The notes below the pieces were generated by a model. The model was not told where the DNA came from and did no database searches. It saw only the letters and a list, made by a program, of their open reading frames with translations. Shown piece after piece: positions 11,166 to 22,748 of a stretch of 64,000 nucleotides of DNA. Source of the stretch: Pristiophorus japonicus (taxonomy: Eukaryota); contig NC_091981.1 in assembly GCF_044704955.1 (NCBI RefSeq), forward strand, positions 80,600,001 through 80,664,000, given 5' to 3'. The stretch's first letter is position 1; each line of letters opens with the position of its first letter. Position numbers and translations under genes: made by a program.

Positions 11166-12374
11166 TCTGACACAGGAAAGAGGTATAAATGGTTCAGTCG
11201 GGTGAGTTAATTGGTAGGTACTGTGCTGGAATGGGCTAGAAACATTTTTTGCACTTGCCATTTTGTTGACAATTTTTATTTAAGCAAATTGGAAGCACGG
11301 CTGCTGAAGAAAGAAAGGGTCTTCAAGATGTATTTTTAAATAACCAACAGTTGCAAAGTGCAGCATGTGTAAAAAGAAAACTCCACCAATCATTCTTGTG
11401 TTGTACCAATCTGGGCAATGGTAAAATTGACTCAGAGCAAGGCTACTAAATTTTCGTGAAATGTCAACATACATCAACATCTTCCCCAAAGAATACATTC
11501 ATGTTATTTGCTGCTTGTTGGTCAACTTCAAGGGACGCCTTTATTTGTAACACCTAAAGCTCTGATTGCTGATTGGTCCTCTTGCAGGATGAGACACACC
11601 CAACAGTTTCGCTGGAATATGTAATTAGAACCGCCCTGACGACATAATCAGTGACTTTGCAAAGTGTAATTTGAGCCATTCTGACTGCCGACTCCAAACA
11701 GAAGAGCTCACTTGGAACAGACCGGGCTCATTCTCATGGGTTAAGACGTTTTCCGACCCTCCCAAAACGAGTTCCTGTCCCGAAACCTCAAGTGCTTGAC
11801 CTTTCCCCCAACCCCAAGCCCATGTTTCTGACATTCTCCCCCAGCCCAAGTGCCTGACCTTCGTCCCCGTAACCGGCCCAAGTTCCTGACCTCCTCCCCC
11901 TGCCTAAGTTCCTCCCCCATGGATTCATGACTTTCTTCACAAACAAGTTCCTGACCACAACACCCCCCACCCACCCACCCACAACCCCAAGCCATAGATG
12001 GGGCATTGTGTGGGGGTCACGGATTGTCAACAGGTTTATTTGGTATGAAGTGAATAGTGACAGTATCGTGACTTCTGGATTTCGTCTACTCTAATGATGT
12101 CACTTGCCACACATGCACCGAGCTTGCAGAGAAATCAACCAGGTAGGGGGAGGAGAGGGAGAACATGGTGCGGTTGTAAAGGGGGTGGGGTTGGAAGGTG
12201 GTGATCTGTCTTACCATCTGGATCGTGTTCTCATTCTCAACTCTTTCTTCCACCACCCCACCCCCTTTAGATCTAGATCACATTCTTCCCTCATCTCCGC
12301 TGTGCTCGCCATGCTCTTTAGCCACCACCACCACCGAGTTCCCTCTCTCCTTTTCCCCTCCGATCCCCTCGCTC

Positions 12375-14430
12375 CCTCCCACCCAGTCTCTCTCTGCCCC
12401 TCATCCCCTCCCACCCAGTGTCTCTCTCCCTCTCCCCTCTCTGTCTCTCACCCCCTCCCACCCAGTCTCTCTCCCTCTCCCCCAGTCTCTCTCTGTCCCT
12501 CGCCCCCTCCCACCCAGTCTCTCTCCCTCTCCCCCAGTCTCTCTCTGTCCCTCGCCCCCTCCCACCCAGTGTCTCTCTCCCTCTCCCCCAGTCTCTCTCT
12601 GCCCCTCGCCCCCTCCCACCCAGTCTCTCTCCCTCTCTGCCCCTCGTCCCCTCCCACCCAGTGTCTCTCTCCCTCTCCCCCAGTCTCTGTCCCTCCCCCC
12701 TCCCACCCAGTCTCTCTCCCTCTCCCCCAGTCTCTCTCTGCCCCTCGTCCCCTCCCACCCAGTGTCTCTCTCCCTCTCCCCCAGTCTCTCTCTGCCCCTC
12801 GTCCCCTCCCACCCAGTGTCTCTCTCCCTCTCCCCCAGTCTCTGTCCCTCCCACCCAGTCTCTCTCCCTCTCTGCCCCTCGTCCCCTCCCACCCAGTGTC
12901 TCTCTCCCTCTCCCCCAGTCTCTGTCCCTCCCCCCTCCCACCCAGTGTCTCTCTCCCTCTTCCCCAGTCTCTCTCTGCCCCTCGTCCCCTCCCACCCAGT
13001 GTCTCTCTCCCTCTCCCCCAGTCTCTGTCCCTCCCACCCAGTCTCTCTCCCTCTCTGCCACTCGTCCCCTCCCACCCAGTGTCTCTCTCCCTCTCCCCCA
13101 GTCTCTGTCCCTCCCCCCTCCCACCCAGTGTCTCTCTCCCTCTCCCCCAGTCTCTGTCCCTCCCCCCTCCCACCCAGTGTCTCTCTCCCTCTCCCCCAGT
13201 CTCTGTCCCTCCCCCCTCCCACCCAGTGTCTCTCTCCCTCTCCCCCAGTCTCTCTCTGCCCCTCGTCCCCTCCCACCCAGTGTCTCTCTCCCTCTCCCCC
13301 AGTCTCTCTCTGCCCCTCGTCCCCTCCCACCCAGTGTCTCTCTCCCTCTCCCCCAGTCTCTGTCCCTCCCACCCAGTCTCTCTCCCTCTCTGCCCCTCGT
13401 CCCCTCCCACCCAGTGTCTCTCTCCCTCTCCCCCAGTCTCTGTCCCTCCCACCCAGTCTCTCTCCCCCCTCCCACCCAGTCTCTCTCCCTCTCCCCCAGT
13501 CTCTGTCCCTCCCACCCAGTCTCTCTCCCTCTCTGCCCCTCGTCCCCTCCCACCCAGTGTCTCTCTCCCTCTCCCCCAGTCTCTGTCCCTCCCCCCTCCC
13601 ACCCAGTGTCTCTCTCCCTCTCCCCCAGTCTCTCTCTGCCCCTCGTCCCCTCCCACCCAGTGTCTCTCTCCCTCTCCCCCAGTCTCTCTCTGCCCCTCGT
13701 CCCCTCCCACCCAGTGTCTCTCTCCCTCTCCCCCAGTCTCTGTCCCTCCCACCCAGTCTCTCTCTCCCTCTCTGCCCCTCGTCCCCTCCCACCCAGTGTC
13801 TCTCTCCCTCTCCCCCAGTCTCTGTCCCTCCCCCCTCCCACCCAGTGTCTCTCTCCCTCTCCCCCAGTCTCTCTCTGCCCCTCGTCCCCTCCCACCCAGT
13901 GTCTCTCTCCCTCTCCCCCAGTCTCTCTCTGCCCCTCGTCCCCTCCCACCCAGTGTCTCTCTCCCTCTCCCCCAGTCTCTCTCTGCCCCTCGTCCCCTCC
14001 CACCCAGTGTCTCTCTCCCTCTCCCCCAGTCTCTGTCCCTCCCACCCAGTCTCTCTCTCCCTCTCTGCCCCTCGTCCCCTCCCACCCAGTGTCTCTCTCC
14101 CTCTCCCCCAGTCTCTCTCTGCCCCTCGTCCCCTCCCACCCAGTGTCTCTCTCCCTCTCCCCCAGTCTCTCTCTGCCCCTCGTCCCCTCCCACCCAGTGT
14201 CTCTCTCCCTCTCCCCCAGTCTCTGTCCCTCCCACCCAGTCTCTCTCCCTCTCTGCCCCTCGTCCCCTCCCACCCAGTGTCTCTCCCCCTCTCCCCCAGT
14301 CTCTGTTCCTCCCCCCTCCCACCCAGTGTCTCTCTCCCTCTTCCCCAGTCTCTCTCTGCCCCTCGTCCCCTCCCACCCAGTGTCTCTCTCCCTCTCCCCC
14401 AGTCTCTCTGTCCCTCTCCCACCCAGTCTC
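12375..14430. repeat. Pyrimidine-rich compound minisatellite (CCCTCCCACCCAGTGTCTCTCTCCCTCTCCCCCAGTCTCT modules), about 2 kb
   Basis: Directly visible array with extreme C/T strand bias. It accounts for the six 690-841 aa ORFs. Confidence 0.98.
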
Positions 14431-14864
14431 TCTCTCCCTCTGTCCCTCGCCTCCTCCCACACACTCTCTCTCCCTCTCCCCTCCAATCCCTTCTCTCTCC
14501 CCTCCAATCCCCTCTCCCACCCCTCGATCCCCTCTCTCTCTCTAGTCTCTTTCTCTCCCCCACTCTCTGCCTCTATCTCCCCTTCCAGTATCTCCCTCTC
14601 TCCCAGTCTCCTGCTCGCTCTCTTTCTGCCCGACTCTCTCCCTCCCACTTTCTCCCTCCCACTTCTGATTTCCTCTCTCTTTCAGAAGGCCGCGAAAATT
14701 CTAGGCAAAAGTCCTCGAGATAACCCAAAAGCCCCAGAAGCAGCTCCAGCTCCAGGTTCGAGTGGCAATGAGCTCCACACGGTTCGTGGTTCGGGCGCAC
14801 TTCCGGCTACCTCAAATATCGTACCGTACATGCGCAAAAGGGGGTGCGGGAGTCCCTGAATATT

Positions 14865-15996
14865 GGCCCTGAATTTGCAATCAGCGGTGGAGCGAAGGAG
14901 TATGCCACCAATATCCAAATGAAATCTTCACTTGTGTCGTGCGAACCCCCCCGTCAAGTTGCTTTCAAACGCTGCAGAGTTGTGCACAGCATAGTACCCC
15001 ATGATCCCAGGAGTACAACATTGTGCGTAAGCAAACCTGGGGTCACTTCTTTCACTTCCTGACTTGTAGCCAATCAGGATACAAAGGAGATTGCAGATTT
15101 GCCCAAAACTAATTTTAAATAACAAATGCTATTTTATTCATAAATTACGATCATTTCAATAGTATTTAATACACAAACCAAGATTTCAACATTAATAGAA
15201 TTTGATCAAACACTGAAAAGTATTGAGATACTTTTTACCGAAGGTGTTCTTAAAACCATAAAACTCTATTAGGATGCTTTTTATACAAAGCATGCAGCTG
15301 AATTAACATCGTCCCTTTAATTCTGGGCCATGACAACATAAACCTACAATTACAGTCTTATAGTCCTATCAAATTAGTTTCTCCTCTATTAGACTCATTA
15401 ACTTTTGATTAATTTAAATAATCTAAAATTGAGAGTTTAAACGTCTGATAACATGAGGAAATCGTGAAAGTAAATAAAATCCTATTTAAATAGAAGTTGG
15501 GAAATAATTAAATCAAATCTACAAAAGGCTTTGGGGCAGCAAACACGGTGATACAAATAGGCCCCGTTTACAAAATCGAACAAATAAAAGTTTCTGTCAA
15601 GGTTTGTATCTGCTCAGACACAAACCAGTGCCTCATTGTTATGGGGGCTGTAGCATAAACCTAGCTTAACATTAATATAGCTTTCTCATCCCCCCCCCCA
15701 CCACCCGCCCGCCCCCTTACGCTGTGCAACAGGCTTCCTGCGTCCGTTTGCGCTAGATGTAAAGATTTTCAGGGTAATTAAATCACAGCAGGTGGACAAT
15801 TAGCCCAACTTTTCACCACCACGTTCATTTGTATGAAGAGGTGAAACGTGCAGCGAAGCCCATGTGCAGTCAGAACTTGAGGGATCGCAAGTTCGGGATT
15901 TAGCACATGCAGAAGTCCCGAACGTGCAGCCAGTTTCCATGGTGGTATGAAGGTGTATTCAGGGTAGGCCATCATACCAACCATGAATTCAGGGCC
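14865..15996. mobile_element. Non-autonomous PIF/Harbinger-type element
   Basis: TIR GGCCCTGAATT...AATTCAGGGCC with 3-bp TSD ATT (14862-14864, 15997-15999). AT-rich non-coding interior. Confidence 0.8.
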
Positions 15997-16151
15997 ATTA
16001 TTTTCCAATGAGGCTGAAGCACCATAGTACAATTCCTTTCTGTAAACATCACCCAACATTCTCAAAGAAATCCAAAAAAAAGGTGGGGACTTTTATGTAA
16101 AAAATATGAAAACTTTCATAATTTTATACCAAAAAGAATCCTTAATCCAAG

Positions 16152-16464
16152 CCTCAGATTAGGAGACCAAAACCATACACCATATTCAAGGTGTGGCTTT
16201 ACTAAGGCCCTGTACAACTGTAGTAAGACCTCCCTGCTCCTATACTCTAATCCTCTCGCTATGAAGGTCAACATGCCATTTGCTTTCTTTGCTGCATGCT
16301 GCACCTGTATGCCAACCTTCAATGACTGATGTACCGTGACACCCAGGTCTTGTTGCACCTCCCCCTTTACCAATCTGTCACCATTCAGATAATAATCAAA
16401 CCTCCTGTTTTTAACCACCAAAGTGGATAACATCACATTTATCCACAATATACCGCATCTGCCA
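16152..16464 (-). mobile_element. Inverted 5' segment of the adjacent CR1 copy
   Basis: ORF 16116-16448 (-) contains QDLGV and LVKPHLEY. It ends at CCTAATCTGAGG, where the + segment at 16499 resumes. Confidence 0.9.
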
Positions 16465-17012
16465 CAGAGACTAAAGTCCTGAACTTAAAGAAAGGTTACT
16501 GAGGAAGGACATTCTTGCTATTGAGGGAGTGCAGCAAAGGTTCACCAGACTGATTCCCGGGATGACAGGACTGACATGAAGAAAGACTGGATCGACTAAG
16601 CTTGTATTCAATGGAATTTAGAAGAATGAGAGGGGATCTCATAGAAATATAAAATTCTGACAGGATTGGACAGGTTAAATGCAGAAAGAATGTTCCCAAT
16701 GTTGGGGAAGTCCAGAACTAGGGGTCACAGTCTAAAGATAAGGGGTAAGCCATTTAGGACCGAGATGAGGAGAAACTTCTTCACTCAGACATTTGTGGGC
16801 ATGTGGAATTCTCTATCACAGGAAGTTATTGGGGCCAGTTCGTTAAATATATTCAAAAGGCAGTTAGATGTGGCCCTCACGGCTAAAGGGATCAAGGGGT
16901 ATGGAAAGAAAGCAGGAATGGGGTACTGAAATGCATGATCAGCCATGATCATATTGAATGGTGGTGCAGGCTCGAAGGGCCGAATGGCCTACTCCTGCAC
17001 CTATTTTCTATA
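16465..17012 (+). mobile_element. CR1 LINE 3' end
   Basis: RRMRGDL and RTRGHSLKIRG motifs. 3' UTR GGGCCGAATGGCCTACTCCTGCACCTATTTTCTAT. Confidence 0.95.
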
Positions 17013-17960
17013 TTTCTTCCCGCCAGGCGATAAACTTTTATTTAATTCATTTTATGCACCCCAAACCGGGCACGGGGCAATTTTGCCTCCTTTGTTTTCT
17101 ATTATAATAAAATTTAAAACTGCAAATCTGAGACAATTGTTTATATGCACAGTTGCTTGTTGCTGCTATGAATCCACCCCACAGTACGAAAGGGATGGAT
17201 TCACAGCCTCACCTGCCAAGACTATCACAAGAAAACTTCTACCCAAGGCATTTCCGAAACAACAAAGAGGCATTGGAGCGCAATTATGTCCTAGGTGAAG
17301 TCAATAAATTTTCCGAATTATTTTTCTTGAACACAAATACTCAATGTTTCACCTGCAGCCAAGATTTGTCAAAATACATGTTACACAACCTTTATATTAT
17401 CCAAGTTTCAACCATTAAGTCTTGAGCTGTAATAATGAGCCTCTGAACTATGGAGACCTTTTTTAAAAAAACTGGGTTGCAGGAATGTACATTCACATTT
17501 TATTAAGCCATTATACATATAGATCTAAAATTCATATATATTTTATGAAGCTATTAGAAATAGTGTACGGTCATATATTTTACGTACAATTCAGGATGCA
17601 TTCACTATTTTATGAGGTCATTGTATATTTAGGTGTGCAATCATACACATTTCATGAAAGTCTACATTCCCATGCATAGTTTATGAATTGTCTGCATTCT
17701 GACTGCATTGTGCCTCCAGGAGAAAAGCGCCACAGCTGGGAGCCATGCAGGCCAGGGCTAAGACAGCTTTTTTGGTCCTGGGTTTTAAGGGTTAGTTAGG
17801 CTTGGTTACCTGCGTAATCATGGCCATGTTGGTTGGCGTCAGTGAGTATCAGGTTTTTGGGTCTTTCCAAATCTTTCTATCCTACACTGTTTACGCTCTC
17901 GCATTTTAGAAAGCAGAAAACGACTAAAAAAATAATTGAGAGGGAAGATAAGATTATGAA

Positions 17961-20906
17961 GGACAGAGGAAACAAGCAGGAAAAAAGGGTAAAAAGACAA
18001 ATTTAAAAGCACTTTGTCTAAATGCACGTAGCATTCATAAGAAAATAGATGAGCTGACAGCACAAATAGATACAAATGGGTATGATCTGATAGCCATTAC
18101 AGAGACGTGGTTGCTAGGTGACCAGGATTGGGAACTAAATATTCAGGGGTATTTAACAATTCAGAAGAACAGACAGAAAGGAAAAGGAGGTGGGGTAGCA
18201 CTGTTAATAAAGGATGGGATCAGTGCATTAGTGAGAAATGATATTGGTTCAGAGGATCAAGATGTGGAATCATTTTGAGTGGAGATAAGGAATAATAAAG
18301 TCGCTGGTGGGTGGAGTCCATAGGGCCCCTAACAGTAGCTACATTGTTGGACAGAGTATAAATCAACAAGTAATGGAGGCTTGTAACAAAGGAACGGCAA
18401 TAATCATGGGTGATTTTTAATCTTCATGTTGATCAGACAAAGCAAACTGGCCAGGGTAGCCTTGGAAGAATTCATGGAGCATATCTGGGATCGTTTCCTT
18501 GAACAGTACATTGCAGAACCAACCAGGGAGCAGGATATCTTAGATCTGATACTGTGTAATGAGACAGGATTACTAAATGATCTTGTAGTAAAGAATCCTC
18601 GAGGAATGAGTGGCCATAACATGGTTGAATTTCAAATTCAGTTGGAGGGTGAGAAAGTTGGTTCTCAAACCAGGGTCCTAAGCATAAATAAAGAAGACTA
18701 CAACAATATGAGGGCAGAGTTGGCTAAAGTGGACGGGGAAAATAGACGAAAGTATGGCGCGGTTGATGAGCAGTGACAGACATTTAAGGAAATATTTCAC
18801 AACTTGCATCAAAAATATATCCCAATGAGAAGGAAAGACTGTAAAAGAAGGGATAACCATCCATGGCCATCCGAAATAAGGGCGGGTATCAAATGAAAAC
18901 AAAGGCATCCAATGTGGTCAAGACTAGTGGGAGACCAAGGATTGGGAAATTTGAAAAAGACAGCAGAAAACGACTAAAAAAATAATTGAGGGGGAAGATA
19001 AGATTATGAAAGTAAACTAGCACAAAATATAAAAGCAGATAGTAAGAGTCTCTACAGGTACATAAAAAGAAAGAGTGTGCCTAAAGTAAATGTTAGTTCC
19101 CTGAAGGATGAGACTGGGGAATTAATAATGGAGAACAGGGAAATGGCGGAGAGGTTGAACAAATATTTTGTATCGGTCTTCACAGGAGAAGACACTAAAA
19201 ACATCCCAAGAGTGGATAATCAAGGGGCTATAGGTAGGGAAGAACTTAATACAATCATTATCATTAATAAAGTAGTACTAAGTGAAATAATGGGACTAAA
19301 GGTGGACAAGTCCCCTGGAACTGATGGCTTACATCCTAGGGTCTTAAGAGAAGTGCCTGCAGAGATAGTGGATGCGTTGATTGTAATCTACCAAAATTCC
19401 CTGGATTCTGGGGCAGTCCCAGTAGATTGGAAAACCGCAAATGTAACACCCATATTTAAAAATAGAGGCAGACAAAAAGCAGGAAACTATAGACCAGTTA
19501 GCCTAACATCTGTCATTGGGAAAATGCTGGAGTTCATTATTAAGGAAGCAGCAGCGGGACATTTGGAAAAGCATGATTCAATCAAACAGTCAGCATGGTT
19601 TTATGAAAGGGAAATCATGTTTAACAAATTTGCTGGAGCTCTTTGAGGATGTATTGAGCAGGGTGGATAAGGGGGAACCAGTGGATGCGGTGTATTTGGA
19701 TTTTGAGAAGGCATTCAATAAGGTGCCACATAAGAGGTTACTGCACAAGATAAAAGCTCACTGGGTTGGGGGTGATATATTAACATGGATAGAGGATTGG
19801 TTAACGAACAGAAAACAGAGATAGATGGGATAAATGGGTCATTTTCCGGTTGGCAAACAGTGACTAGTGGGGTGCCACAGGCATTGGTGCTGGGTCCTCA
19901 ACTATTTACAATCTATATTAATGACTTGGATGAAGGGACTGAGTGTAATGTAGCCAAGTTTGCTGATGATACAAAGATGGATGGCAAAGCAAATTGTGAG
20001 GAGGACACAAAAAATCTGCAAAGGGATCTAGAGAGGCTAAGTGAGTGGGCAAAAATTTGGCAGATGGAGTATAATGTGGAAAAATGTGAGGTCACCACTT
20101 TGGCAGAAATAATAGAAAAGCAAATTATAATTTAAATGGAGAAAAATTGCAAAGTGCTGCAGTACAGAGAGACCTGGGGGTCCTTGTGCATGAAACACAA
20201 AAAGTTAGTATGCAGGTACAGCAAGTAATCAGGAAGGCAAATGGAATGTTGGAATTTACTGCAAGTGGGATAGAGTATAAAAGCAGAGAAGTCCTGCTAC
20301 AACTGTACAGGGTATTGGTGAGGCCACACCTGGAGTACTGCGTACAGTTTTGGTCTCCGTATTTAAGGAAGGACATACTTGCATTGGAAGCTGTTCAGAG
20401 AACGTTCACTAGGTTGATTCCGGAGATGAGGGTTGATTCCGGAGATGAGGGGGTTGACTTAGGAGGATAGGTTGAGTAGGTTGTGCCTATACACATTGGA
20501 GTTCAGAAGAATGAGAGGTGATCTTATTGAAACATATAAGATAATGAGGGGGCTCAACAAGGTGGATGCAGAGAGGATATTTCCACTCATAGGGGAAACT
20601 AAAACTAGGGGACATAGTTTCAGAATAAGGGGTCGTCCATTTAAAACTGAGATGAGGAGAAATTTCTTCTCTGAGGGTTGTAAATCTATGGAATTTTCTG
20701 CCCAGAGAGTTGTGGAGGTTGGGTCATTGAATATATTTAAGGCGGAGATAGAGAGATTTTTGAGCGATAAGGGAGTAAAGGGTTATGGAGAGCAGGCAGG
20801 GAAGTGGAGCTGAGTCCATGATCAGATCAGCCATGATCTTATTGAACGGCAGAGCAGGCTCAAGGGGCCAAATGTCCTACTGTTGCTCCTATTTCCTATG
20901 TTCTTA
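17961..20906 (+). mobile_element. CR1 LINE, near-complete decayed ORF2 (APE endonuclease + RT) and 3' UTR
   Basis: LNARSI, AITETWL, IMGDF, EPTREQDILDLILCNE, the RT motifs and KFADDTK are spread across frames. Ends in a CCTATTTCCTATGTT tail. Confidence 0.95.
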
Positions 20907-22519
20907 GACCATTCTCATGGGCGTGAGTGTTCATCTTTGCCTGGATCTCTAAGAAAGGATTTGCTTACATACAATTGCAAATCCTGTTTAGTATAATGGC
21001 TATGATTTTCTGAACTATTTTAAGCCATTAAAAAATTTCCATTTAGTTTTCAAAATTGCAGACTCACAATAGACCATGCTTAAAATATAAACACTGGAAG
21101 CAAATTTATGAATATACAATGAACAGTGAATAATACTGATAGGGTGACTGCAGGGTTTTCGTCTAAACTCCTTGGAATGGCAGAATGAAGAGATTATGGG
21201 CTCAATTTCACCCAAGCCCGTTTTCTGCCATATTTTCTAGGCCAGAAATGCGGCAGAAATATTTTGCCAAAGTTTCCCCGATGTATAATTCAAAGTTGGC
21301 GGCGTGCAGCGTGTCCAGTCACCTCGGAGGGTTGGGGCCTGCTGTCTGCAGCGAAAAAACGATGTTGCACCTTCTATGCATGCGCAACAAAAAAATATGA
21401 TGTTTTTGACGTTATATCAATGGACGTGCATGTGCAGCACTGCTCCGGGTTGGCAATCGGTCATTTTTAAAGAGCCAGTTGTGTGAGAAGGAGTGCTGTG
21501 TGAGAGCATTGGAAAAATCGGATCTGCAGCAATGCAAGATGTAACGCAGTGCAAGGACCAAGAATTTCTTACAGGATGAAGTGGAGGCACTAGTTAACGT
21601 GATGCAGACCAGATAGCAGGAGCTGGATACCAGCAGAGGTCACATAAGAGTTCCACCCAAAGAAATGAAGAAATGCTGGAATCAAGTTGCAGATTACTGC
21701 ACAGTGGTGACCACCACGAGATCTGGAGGCCAGTGTAAAAAGAAGTGGCAGGACCTTGGTCAAGTAGTTAGTGTAAGTAATATTTTCATTTATTCAATGG
21801 AATTGCAATTGTAAATGTGACCAGCTGTATATGTCCCACTCAGCAGAAAGACACCCTCTCTAAAAAGTTGCATTTTCATCTTTGCAGAGGAAGGTGGCAC
21901 ACAACAAAAGGGAAAGAACTCGAACAGGAGGAGGCCCAGCAAATCTATACCCACCGATACCCTTGCTGCTTTGATGGGTTCTGCCTGAAAAAAAGCAACC
22001 ACCACTAAATAAGCTGGGCCCACAGTCGAGGGGGAGGGAAAGTCCTGCAAATTCCAGTCTGGCTTTGCAAAATGTTAAGTACTGTGCGAGCTAGCCATGC
22101 TTTGGTTCCTGGGGATGACTCCGTCAGCTACGCTTCAGTTGATGCAATGAGCCATCATTCATTGTGGTCCTTTAAATCAGCCTGCTGTCTGCGCTGTGTG
22201 AGCCTACTCATGCCACCCACCCTGCCCCCTCCTCTGATGCTAACCCATTTGTCTGTGTTCTGTTATATTTTGCAGGACTTGAGGCCAACCCTGACGATGC
22301 AGAAGATGATTCAGATGAGGACGAGCCTGAAGGAGAACAGCTTCCAATCCCACCCGCCAGACCAAGAGCATGGGGGCGAAGGGGTGGGGATGGAGATGGA
22401 TGAAGCCCCCACTGTTTTACTGACTTTGGTGGAGGTGCAGGTGCCGCCTATTTAGGTGTTAGCCCCTTCCGTGACTAGTGGTTTGAGTGTTGGTGGGACA
22501 TTCCATGGTTTACTAACGT

Positions 22520-22660
22520 CCGAGGCTGCGGGTACCAGTGGTGTGGTGCAGCGATGCACACCCAGGGCCCCACCTTCCAAGGTTGCGGGTACCAGTGGTG
22601 TGGTGCAGCGATGCACACCCAGGGCCCCACCTTCCGAGGCTGCGGGTCCCAGTGGTGGGA
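22520..22660 (+). repeat. 60-bp coding tandem repeat (about 2.3 copies) in Myb exon 3
   Basis: GGCTGCGGGTACCAGTGGTGTGGTGCAGCGATGCACACCCAGGGCCCCACCTTCC is repeated. Confidence 0.9.
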
Positions 22661-22748
22661 TGCAAGCCACACCACAGGGGAAGGAGAGCTCTACCGTGCT
22701 CTCCTGAAGTGCAGAATCTAACAGATGTGGTTCAGATGATGGCAATGA

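Noticed and set aside
12104-14859. Six ORFs of 690-841 aa
   Set aside because: They are open in all frames because the C/T array lacks stop codons. No domain content.
17015-17089. Orphan Harbinger-like end GGGGCAATTTTGCCTC
   Set aside because: Too short and degenerate, with no partner, to annotate.
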